From: a bacterium
GTDB lineage: Bacteria > Patescibacteriota > Saccharimonadia > Saccharimonadales > Saccharimonadaceae
DNA: 64,000 nt
Assembly: GCA_027451105.1 (NCBI GenBank)
Contig: DAIDKB010000020.1
Location: forward strand, 61,395 to 125,394
Direction: 5' to 3'
The translations under genes were made by a program, and so were the position numbers. The notes beneath the pieces were generated by a model. The model ran no database searches and had not been told where the DNA came from. It saw only the letters and a list, made by a program, of their open reading frames with translations. Of this stretch, positions 44,495-52,331 are shown piece after piece (the first letter of the stretch is position 1; each line of letters begins with the position of its first letter).

Positions 44495-44567
44495 ACTATT
44501 ATCTAAGCCCTTCGCCTCGTGGATGCTGTTTTTATTATGTCTAAGATGTGATAAACTATGTCATAGG

Positions 44568-45404
44568 ATGATAGAAAAGTCAAGAATAAATGATTGGATT
44601 ACCAAGGCTACGACAGATTTAAAAAACGTCGGAATAATGTCAGCTCGACTTGACGCTGAACTACTCTTGGCGCACACCTTACACAGACCTCGTACCTGGC
44701 TTCACGGCCACAGCGACGAGCCACTCGATGATCGTCAGACAGAAATCGCCAACGCCCGACTCGACTTGCGATTAGACCGTGTACCAATTGCTTATATTGT
44801 TGGTCATAGGGAGTTTTATGGTCGCCGTTTTAAAGTTACAACCGCCACCCTAATTCCTCGCCCCGAATCTGAAGATATTATCGACACAGTCAAGTCACTG
44901 ACCGAAAAAAACTTGGAGCTTTTTCAAACAAAACCGGCTCTAGTTGACGTCGGCACCGGTAGCGGTTGCCTCGGTATCACCCTAAAATTAGAGCTACCCG
45001 ACCTTGATGTCACCCTAAGCGATATCAGCCAGGCTGCTTTAACTATTGCTGAGCAAAATGCCAAAATACTAGGCGCCAAAATTCGAATTTTAAAAAGTAA
45101 CCTGCTAGACACCTATCCCCTTAAAGCTGATTTTATCGTTGCCAATCTGCCTTACGTTGACCCGGCCTGGGAAAGGTCGCCCGAGACCGATTATGAGCCA
45201 GCCGCTGCCCTGTTCGCCGACAATGGTGGCCTAGAACTTATGATAAAACTCATCGTTCAAGCAAAATCGGTCCTAAAACCAAGCGGTTATTTAATTCTTG
45301 AGGCCGACCCCGTACAGCACGCCAGTTTGATAAACCAAGCAAAACAATCCGGTCTTAAATTTATCTCAGCGCAAAACTATTGCGTCGTCTTTCAACAAGC
45401 TTAA
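44568..45404 (+). CDS. prmC: Release factor glutamine N5-methyltransferase
   Basis: The track ORF is trimmed to MIEKSRIND at 44568. It has SAM motif VDVGTGSGCLG and catalytic VANLPYV, a variant of NPPY. Confidence 0.8.
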   Translation: MIEKSRINDWITKATTDLKNVGIMSARLDAELLLAHTLHRPRTWLHGHSDEPLDDRQTEIANARLDLRLDRVPIAYIVGHREFYGRRFKVTTATLIPRPESEDIIDTVKSLTEKNLELFQTKPALVDVGTGSGCLGITLKLELPDLDVTLSDISQAALTIAEQNAKILGAKIRILKSNLLDTYPLKADFIVANLPYVDPAWERSPETDYEPAAALFADNGGLELMIKLIVQAKSVLKPSGYLILEADPVQHASLINQAKQSGLKFISAQNYCVVFQQA

Positions 45405-46213
45405 ATACCGACCGGTACACTAATACCAATTAGATTTAATATGATCGGCAAAACAATGATAATTCCGAATGTGAACAAAACCGGCAAAACAATATCGCTA
45501 CTGCGAATTTTTTTGTGATGATAATAAGCGTCGTAACATTTTAAGGTTATAAAGCCGATACAAATAACAGTCAGGGCAACGCGAGGTAGGATAACTCCTT
45601 CAATACCTAGTAAGGCATAACCGACTGTCCAGTGGTAGGCTAACCAACCAATTTCAGCCAAAGTAATCGCCCACAACTGGCTCATAAAAAGAACGTGCGT
45701 CTCTTCAGAATAGCTCGACAAAATATGTCGGGCGGTCGTGTAACCGATTAGCCACATCATTAAAACGACAATCGTCATCGGTATCGCATATGCTAACAAA
45801 TAAAGCGCCGCTACGCCAACGAATAAGGCTACGCCAGCCTGAGCGACCATATAGGAGCGCTTGGAGCGGGGCTTCAGAAATAGTAGCCAGCCAATATATA
45901 GGATCGTCAAAGATGTCATGACGAACAATGCTTGGCCTGATGACAATACGGCTGAATATAAGGTGTATAAAAAGACCACAAAGCTGACACTAACAATAAA
46001 GTCGACTAGATTGCTTTGAATATTAACGAACCAGTAGCGCGGGCGGACAGCAAAAACGCGCCACTTACTCAGTAACACCAAACCAATCGCCGGCCATGGT
46101 GACTCGGTGACTTTAATAAGTATTACAACGGCAACGGCAAGCGCTATATTAAGTCCGACGTAGACCACTTCACTTAAGAACGATCGGCGCCTGACGGTTT
46201 TTAAAAATTCCAT
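45401..46213 (-). CDS. Polytopic membrane protein, unknown function
   Basis: 270 aa with about 8 predicted TM helices and no recognised motif. Confidence 0.5.
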   Translation of the reverse strand: MEFLKTVRRRSFLSEVVYVGLNIALAVAVVILIKVTESPWPAIGLVLLSKWRVFAVRPRYWFVNIQSNLVDFIVSVSFVVFLYTLYSAVLSSGQALFVMTSLTILYIGWLLFLKPRSKRSYMVAQAGVALFVGVAALYLLAYAIPMTIVVLMMWLIGYTTARHILSSYSEETHVLFMSQLWAITLAEIGWLAYHWTVGYALLGIEGVILPRVALTVICIGFITLKCYDAYYHHKKIRSSDIVLPVLFTFGIIIVLPIILNLIGISVPVGI

Positions 46214-46247
46214 AACTAACTGTTATTATACCACGATTAAATTCTGG

Positions 46248-47879
46248 CTACTGATTAGCCGAGCCGACAACAATCACAAAACTAGTGTCTTTCGATACAG
46301 CGAGAGGTGGCGTTGAAGTCTTAACTGTCGCCTTTGGATATAGGCTCTTTAATGCCGCCAGCGTAACCGTTTTTGATGTATCTAGATTATAGATTTCGAT
46401 AGGATCATAAGTACCGCTTGGAGCGTTGTCGACTATCGAGACTACAAATTGCTTAGCTGTCAGACTATCGGCCAATGTCTGACCCACACCTGCTACACCA
46501 GAACCATTCAAGACAACGATGCTGGCATTTTCACGCACGACTGGATTAGAGGACAGGTTTTTAGCGACAAATGCCCTTATATCACCATAGTCATACATAC
46601 CGGCGGCGGGCATAACGATACTTTGACCATTATAGTCACCCGTCTTGACGACACTATTACTGCCATCTTCAAAACTGACTGTGTGAATATCGCTTGATTT
46701 AATATTCGCCGCTAGTCCCACCAAAGTGCGGATCTCACTAGTCTGAATATTTGTTCTTAGGTTGTTGCCCAACGAGTCAATCAGACTAGTGATCTTGCCA
46801 ATATTAGTTAGCGTCCCGGTTGTCATTGCCTTCTCTTTCAAAGCCAAAATAATTTTTTGCTGATTCTTTTCGCGATCAAAGTTCGAGTTACTCAGTCCAT
46901 AGGTTGGCGCAACATCACCACGAGCCATAGATAAGAACAGGGCGTGCACACCATCCAGATGATGAACTCCATTGTCATATTTCACCAAATAACACTTATA
47001 ATTACAGCGCCAGTCAAAGTTACGGTCAAGGATACCCGGGTCACCGTTGCTTCCTTCGATATCAACATCAACACCACCAACAGCATCAACCGCCTGCTTT
47101 ATAACAGTGTTATTAACATGAATACCATATTGGATATCTAGACCAAATATCTTACCAACAAACGCCTGTGTCTCTGTTAAACGCTGCTGTTCGGCGGCTG
47201 GGTCAGTGTAATTATCATTCACACAGTTAAAGTATTCATTAATCTTGCCGGAGTAACCGCTATTGCATGCCATGCCATACTGAACATACAGGTCACGCGG
47301 AATACTAAACATGTAAGCGTTCTTATTAGTCTGATCGATGCTAAGAATCATCATTGAGTCAGTTAAATAGGCGCCACCATGCCCCGGATCATCCTCCGAC
47401 GTTCCTAAAATTAAGAAGTTACTACGGCCATTGCTATCCTGCTTCAGTGACTGGGTTTTAATAATATCAAGCACGTTGCCCTTAAAGATACTCGTTCCGG
47501 CTGATAAGAACTTCGACACCACATAGCCGCCCAAGATAAGGCCGGCCAGTAAAATTGCCAAGCCCGACCATTTTAAAATTCGCTTAATTGGCCTACGACG
47601 CTTAAGTGGCTTGTTATTTATTTGTCGTCGCCCACTGCGTCGATGATTGGGTCGGCCGCCCAAGCTATCAATATCATGCAGCGAATCATTTATGTCAGAG
47701 CGACCAATCGATTGATTCTGGCGCGCCTCACCAACGCGCTGACTGACACCGCCACCACTATGAAGTGGGCGCGAAATCATCTCGGTTTTAGCAGATGGCC
47801 GTTTAGAGTGCAAGTCACCTAGCTGGCTTCTGGTCCTTCGGGGCACAAAGCCATCTATATTGGGTCGGTTATTCTTCAT
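46248..47879 (-). CDS. LytR-CpsA-Psr (LCP) family cell-envelope phosphotransferase
   Basis: The start is set to MKNNRPN at 47879, with an AGGAG SD 5 nt upstream. It has a basic disordered N-terminus, a TM helix, the LCP core NFLILGTSEDD...TDSMMILSID...IPRDLYV, and a C-terminal LytR_C-like region. Confidence 0.8.
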   Translation of the reverse strand: MKNNRPNIDGFVPRRTRSQLGDLHSKRPSAKTEMISRPLHSGGGVSQRVGEARQNQSIGRSDINDSLHDIDSLGGRPNHRRSGRRQINNKPLKRRRPIKRILKWSGLAILLAGLILGGYVVSKFLSAGTSIFKGNVLDIIKTQSLKQDSNGRSNFLILGTSEDDPGHGGAYLTDSMMILSIDQTNKNAYMFSIPRDLYVQYGMACNSGYSGKINEYFNCVNDNYTDPAAEQQRLTETQAFVGKIFGLDIQYGIHVNNTVIKQAVDAVGGVDVDIEGSNGDPGILDRNFDWRCNYKCYLVKYDNGVHHLDGVHALFLSMARGDVAPTYGLSNSNFDREKNQQKIILALKEKAMTTGTLTNIGKITSLIDSLGNNLRTNIQTSEIRTLVGLAANIKSSDIHTVSFEDGSNSVVKTGDYNGQSIVMPAAGMYDYGDIRAFVAKNLSSNPVVRENASIVVLNGSGVAGVGQTLADSLTAKQFVVSIVDNAPSGTYDPIEIYNLDTSKTVTLAALKSLYPKATVKTSTPPLAVSKDTSFVIVVGSANQ

Positions 47880-47981
47880 AAATACTCCTACCACTATACC
47901 TAACTTTACTGTGAATTTGAACACCTAAAAATCACAAGCATTACTATACCGAGGCCACTAAACCGTGTATAGTAAAGGAAC

Positions 47982-48581
47982 ATGGAACAATCATTTATAA
48001 GCCGCCACCCCTTAATTAAAGATGTTACGAGCATTGCCATTTTTGTAATCTGCGTGCTTGCCGGTACACTTTTAATTAATAATTTTGTATTTCGCAGTTT
48101 TAGCGTAATTGGCCCCAGCATGGAGACCACTCTCTATACCAATGACCGCTTAATCGTCAATCGCCTGCCAGTAACATTGGCACAACTTGAAAATAAGACC
48201 TACATACCAAATCGAGGCCAAATTATTGTTTTCAAGAACCCCCTATTCAGCCAGGGCATGCCCGATGAATACATCGTAAAGCGCGTCATCGCCCTACCTG
48301 GCGAGCGTGTTGTCTTAAAGAATGGCTCATACACAGTTTTTAACAGTCAATATCCAAATGGCTTTAACCCTGACGATAATAACCATGGCGAGCCCGGTAG
48401 CCCAACCTCTGGGTCGGTTGATGAAATCGTACCTGATGGCGAATTGTTCGTGTCCGGTGACCACCGTCAAGGTAATTACTCACTAGATTCTCGTAACGGA
48501 CTAGGTACAATTCCGCTATATGACGTCGTTGGGCCGGTTAGCCTACGCATCTACCCATTCAATAAAATTCGAACTTTCTAA
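47982..48581 (+). CDS. lepB: Signal peptidase I
   Basis: 199 aa with the catalytic Ser in GPSMETTL and Lys in KRVIALPGE. Confidence 0.85.
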   Translation: MEQSFISRHPLIKDVTSIAIFVICVLAGTLLINNFVFRSFSVIGPSMETTLYTNDRLIVNRLPVTLAQLENKTYIPNRGQIIVFKNPLFSQGMPDEYIVKRVIALPGERVVLKNGSYTVFNSQYPNGFNPDDNNHGEPGSPTSGSVDEIVPDGELFVSGDHRQGNYSLDSRNGLGTIPLYDVVGPVSLRIYPFNKIRTF

Positions 48582-48594
48582 AAAAGATTTTGAG

Positions 48595-49488
48595 TTAGTC
48601 GCGATCGAGTAATTTTTCGATGCGACGAAATTCAGCATCGCTCTTAAAACGAATTACAATCTGACCAGCGCCCTTAGCATTAGTTCGGACTCGAACATCG
48701 GCCCTAAAGCGTTTAGCAATCCGTTTAGTATCATCTTCGTACGGCGATTCGGCAATAACTTTTTTTGTTCTATCACCTGATTTACCGCTCTTTTTTAGCT
48801 GCACGATGTATTGTTCAGTTTGACGCGAACTCCACTCTTCGTTGATAATGCGCGGCAAAATCATATCAATTAAATCCTCGTCCAAACCAACTAGCGGTCG
48901 AACTTGACCTTCGCTAACCCTGCCTTCAGCAAGAGCCGTACGTACAATTTGTGGCAAACGTAAAAGACGCAAGGTGTTGCTGACAGTACTGACCGACTTC
49001 TTACCGACACGTTGCCCAATCTGCTCTAAAGTCAGATTAAACTGATCGCGTAGTTTCATATAAGCCGTTGCCGTTTCAAGCACGTTCAGATCACGGCGTT
49101 GCAAATTTTCAATTAGCGATAATTCCAGTTTATGCTGGCCGCTTAGGGTACGGACTAGAGCGGGAATCTTATCTAGACCCGCCAAACGCGAGGCTCGAAA
49201 GCGACGTTCACCAGCAACAATTTGATAACCGTTACCGTGTGGCGTGACTACGATTGGCTGCAAGACGCCGTGTTGACGAATTGATTCCGCTAAATCTTCA
49301 ATTGAAGCTTCGTCAAATTGACGACGTGGCTGATCTGGGTCAGCCACAATTTCAGTTAGTTTAATCTGGCGTAGTTCACTGATTTGCTCGTCCTGTGAAG
49401 CGGTCGGATCAAATGATTCATCTAAAAGGTCGACTGGAATCAATGATTCAAAACCGCGGCCAAGTCCTTTTTTACTAGATGCTGACAC
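48595..49488 (-). CDS. parB: Chromosome partitioning protein ParB
   Basis: 297 aa with QPRRQFD, LQPIVV, the GERRFRA box and an HTH (TLEQIGQRVGKKSVSTVSNTLRL). Confidence 0.9.
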   Translation of the reverse strand: MSASSKKGLGRGFESLIPVDLLDESFDPTASQDEQISELRQIKLTEIVADPDQPRRQFDEASIEDLAESIRQHGVLQPIVVTPHGNGYQIVAGERRFRASRLAGLDKIPALVRTLSGQHKLELSLIENLQRRDLNVLETATAYMKLRDQFNLTLEQIGQRVGKKSVSTVSNTLRLLRLPQIVRTALAEGRVSEGQVRPLVGLDEDLIDMILPRIINEEWSSRQTEQYIVQLKKSGKSGDRTKKVIAESPYEDDTKRIAKRFRADVRVRTNAKGAGQIVIRFKSDAEFRRIEKLLDRD

Positions 49489-50242
49489 GTTCTAACACCT
49501 CCTTGGCGAGCGACTTGTAGGCCCTAGCCCCTTTTGAAAATTTATCATATACGCCAACAGGCAAACCGTGACTTGGTGCCTCAGCTAGGCGAATATTGCG
49601 TGGAATCGTCGACTTAAAGACCTTTCCCGGAAAATGCTTTTTAATTTCTTCGTGAACTTGGCCACTAAGTGTCGTGCGCGAATCAATCATCGTTGGTAGT
49701 ACGCCCAACAGCTCAAGTGTAGGATTCATACCCTTGCGGACCAATTTCATTGTTTCAAGCAGCTGGCCAAGGCCTTCCAGGGCATAAAATTCAGCTTGGA
49801 CTGGCAAAAGTACATATTTTGCAGCAATAAGACCATTAACTGTTAGTAGGCTAAGGCTCGGCGGACTATCAATAATAATCGTATCGTAGTCAGCCTCAGC
49901 AGTCTCAATTGCCGCCTTCAAACGCGAAAAACGGCGCTCAGCCTGAGCTAGTTGTACTTCGGTATTAGCTAAAATTGGCGTCGATGGTGCAATTGACAGA
50001 TTTTTGTGCTTTGTCGGAATAATCACCTGACTAAGCGGCACATCGCCCAAGATAACCTCAGCCATCGTCGCTACTAATGCCTGCTTGTCAAAGCCAAGAC
50101 CACTCGTCGCATTGCCCTGTGGATCAAAGTCAATCAATAAGGTCTTCTTACCGGCTTTAGCCAAGTAATATGCCAAGTTAACAGCCGTCGTCGTCTTGCC
50201 GACACCACCCTTTTGATTGGTTACTGAAATTACCGTTGCCAC
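49475..50242 (-). CDS. parA: Chromosome partitioning ATPase ParA/Soj
   Basis: It has the deviant Walker A NQKGGVGKTT. I chose the GTG start at 50242 because a GAGGG SD lies upstream. The track ATG at 50305 lies upstream of a TATAAT (50276-50271), and the in-frame ATG at 50272 overlaps it. Confidence 0.8.
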   Translation of the reverse strand: MATVISVTNQKGGVGKTTTAVNLAYYLAKAGKKTLLIDFDPQGNATSGLGFDKQALVATMAEVILGDVPLSQVIIPTKHKNLSIAPSTPILANTEVQLAQAERRFSRLKAAIETAEADYDTIIIDSPPSLSLLTVNGLIAAKYVLLPVQAEFYALEGLGQLLETMKLVRKGMNPTLELLGVLPTMIDSRTTLSGQVHEEIKKHFPGKVFKSTIPRNIRLAEAPSHGLPVGVYDKFSKGARAYKSLAKEVLERVSI

Positions 50243-50322
50243 GTGTCTGTTTCCCTCATATCTTCGCCTCATTATACCATGAGCGTATATAAAAATCTCC
50301 GCCATCGGGCGGAGATTTTTGA

Positions 50323-50631
50323 TTATTTGATTGAGGTAATTTCAATCCTTGAGTATTTTTGGCGGTGACCATTCTCTTTGTGAACACGCTTCTTGGCTTC
50401 ATAGCGGATAACGCGAATTTTTTCACCTTTAACGAGGTCGTCAACGACCTTGGCTAACACCTTTACACCTTTGACGGTTGGTGTGCCGACAGTGGTTTTA
50501 TCACCATCAATCACCAACAGCGCGTCTAGAGTGAGCTCTTTAGTTCCTTCCGGGAGGAGGTCCACCAGGAGGGTCTCTTTTTCGGTGACGATAAACTGTT
50601 TGCCACCGATCTTAACGACTGCTTTTGACAT
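50323..50631 (-). CDS. rplU: 50S ribosomal protein L21
   Basis: 102 aa with AVVKIGGKQFIV...V.V.A.V......K...RY.AKKR. Confidence 0.9.
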   Translation of the reverse strand: MSKAVVKIGGKQFIVTEKETLLVDLLPEGTKELTLDALLVIDGDKTTVGTPTVKGVKVLAKVVDDLVKGEKIRVIRYEAKKRVHKENGHRQKYSRIEITSIK

Positions 50632-50723
50632 TATGATTCCTTATATTATTAATCAATCAGTTGCCCATTGTAACAGAGATGGGCTGTCCTGTAAACACAG
50701 ATTCGACCCAAGACGACCAAGAA

Positions 50724-51623
50724 CTAGATTTGGCCGCCGCCGCTCGCTACAATTATGATCAACGCCAGCAAACAGGCTGCCGCCATTTTATAAGCCCCGT
50801 GATGACGACGCCAACCAGTTTTAAACTGCTTCGGTAGCAAGTATCTATAATGATGGGCCGCAGCCGAGACAAATATTACTACCGTTAACAGTGCCAACGT
50901 ACCCAGAGTTGCCGGGCTAAGCGACCGAATAGCGACACCGAAATTTGTTAGTGGACCACTCGCCCCACCGCCAAGACTACTAACGTATTGTTGTGGGCTG
51001 TTTTGCGTTGCCGCACTGGCTGGTAAACCATAATAAGCTACCACCAGTGTCGTATTTTGACCACTCAACACCCCGTCGGCTACCGCAAAACCAACCTGGC
51101 TGTACTGGCTGTTCAAAATATTAGCTCGGTGCGTCGGTGAAGCCATCCAGGCCGCAACAGTTGAGTCGGCGTCATTAAAGTTTTTTGCCAAATTCTCACC
51201 AGCCGCTCCATAGTCATAGCCCACGTCAGTCAACCACTTCCATGGCGTTACACCCGCTGGTGAAGTGTGCGCCCAATACTGATTATTAAACATATCTTTT
51301 GCTTTCAAAAACGCCGCTTGATTCAATTTATCGGATAACGCCAATGGCTTTAGGTTAGCTATCTGTCGCTGTTTATTAGTATCCGATACCAAGTCACTAA
51401 TTGTAATATTGGACTGACGCCCAAGTACCCCAACCTTACCCTGACTAATTAAGCCATAGCCAAGCTGCATCACTATGATAATCACCAGAACAATAGTTAG
51501 GCCCGAAGCCCTTATCAAATGCGGGCGATAGTCGTTGCCCTTGTGCGGTACAAAAATATGCTTGGTGTGGCGCCCGAGCTTAAGCAAAATCGTATGCTTA
51601 TTTTTAGCTTTATGCATTATCAC
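50724..51623 (-). CDS. CAP/SCP (YkwD-like) domain protein with N- and C-terminal TM helices
   Basis: 299 aa with YWAHTSP...GENLAKNF...AWMASPTHRANIL...QVGFAV. Confidence 0.75.
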   Translation of the reverse strand: MIMHKAKNKHTILLKLGRHTKHIFVPHKGNDYRPHLIRASGLTIVLVIIIVMQLGYGLISQGKVGVLGRQSNITISDLVSDTNKQRQIANLKPLALSDKLNQAAFLKAKDMFNNQYWAHTSPAGVTPWKWLTDVGYDYGAAGENLAKNFNDADSTVAAWMASPTHRANILNSQYSQVGFAVADGVLSGQNTTLVVAYYGLPASAATQNSPQQYVSSLGGGASGPLTNFGVAIRSLSPATLGTLALLTVVIFVSAAAHHYRYLLPKQFKTGWRRHHGAYKMAAACLLALIIIVASGGGQI

Positions 51624-51661
51624 GATAAGCCGATTATAGCACTTATGCTAAACCGTCGGCA

Positions 51662-52033
51662 TCAACCCTGAAGACGTTGTATATCGTCGTGGTTCAAGCC
51701 GTAATAGTGGGCAATTTCGTGCCAAAGCGTCCGTTTAATCTGCTCGTATAGTTGTTCGGGAGTGTGAGCAACAGCTAAAATCGGGTTCTTAAAAAGCGTA
51801 ATTTTATCCGGCAACACAAAGGTATAACCCGCCCCGCGCTTGGTCAGCGGAATGCCTTCGTACAGACCCAAAAGTAAACTACCGGACTTAAGCTCGGCTT
51901 TTTTACTTTGGTTTTCATCTGGATCATCGGCGTAGACTATCGCAACATTGTTCAACCCTTTAATGTACTTCTGCGGCAAGTCGTCCATAGCAGCACTAAT
52001 TAATTGGTCAAACTCTTGGTCAGATAAATCCAT
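51662..52033 (-). CDS. Small zincin-like metallopeptidase (HExxH; possible zinc-binding family)
   Basis: 123 aa with WHEIAHYYGL near the C-terminus. Confidence 0.6.
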   Translation of the reverse strand: MDLSDQEFDQLISAAMDDLPQKYIKGLNNVAIVYADDPDENQSKKAELKSGSLLLGLYEGIPLTKRGAGYTFVLPDKITLFKNPILAVAHTPEQLYEQIKRTLWHEIAHYYGLNHDDIQRLQG

Positions 52034-52048
52034 ATACTTATTATAGGA

Positions 52049-52246
52049 TTATTCGTCCGAAAAGTTGAACCATTCGGGATCGTTATGAATATCACTAACG
52101 ACTTTATTCCAAAAATCTTCCAAGTTAGCCTCGTCAATATCTTCTTTCAAATCAATCTCTTGATGAAGTTGATGATCTTCATTAATCTCGTCCTTATCGG
52201 AGTCGGGATCGATTGGCTGAAACTGTAAATAATTTAATAGCGACAT
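52049..52246 (-). CDS. Very acidic 65-aa hypothetical protein
   Basis: D+E make up about one third of the residues (DSDKDEINED, DLKEDIDEANLEDF). It lies immediately upstream of, and is probably co-transcribed with, the zincin gene. Confidence 0.4.
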   Translation of the reverse strand: MSLLNYLQFQPIDPDSDKDEINEDHQLHQEIDLKEDIDEANLEDFWNKVVSDIHNDPEWFNFSDE

Positions 52247-52331
52247 ATGTTTATTTTTTTAATTGACTAATGTAATGATAGCATAACCATTACATTATGT
52301 CAATATTATTACTCTGTTATAGGTTTAGGGC

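Noticed and set aside
50236-50248. A CACGTG-containing sequence near the parA start, considered as a possible parS site.
   Set aside because: GTTGCCACGTGTCTG does not fit the TGTTNCACGTGAAACA consensus: one arm has an extra base and the other arm does not match.
49475-50305. Upstream ATG start (50305) for parA.
   Set aside because: The extra 21 residues (MAEIFIYAHGIMRRRYEGNRH) precede the conserved ParA N-terminus. The ATG at 50305 lies upstream of a TATAAT box, and the in-frame ATG at 50272 overlaps it. GTG at 50242 with a GAGGG SD fits better, although the longer form cannot be excluded.
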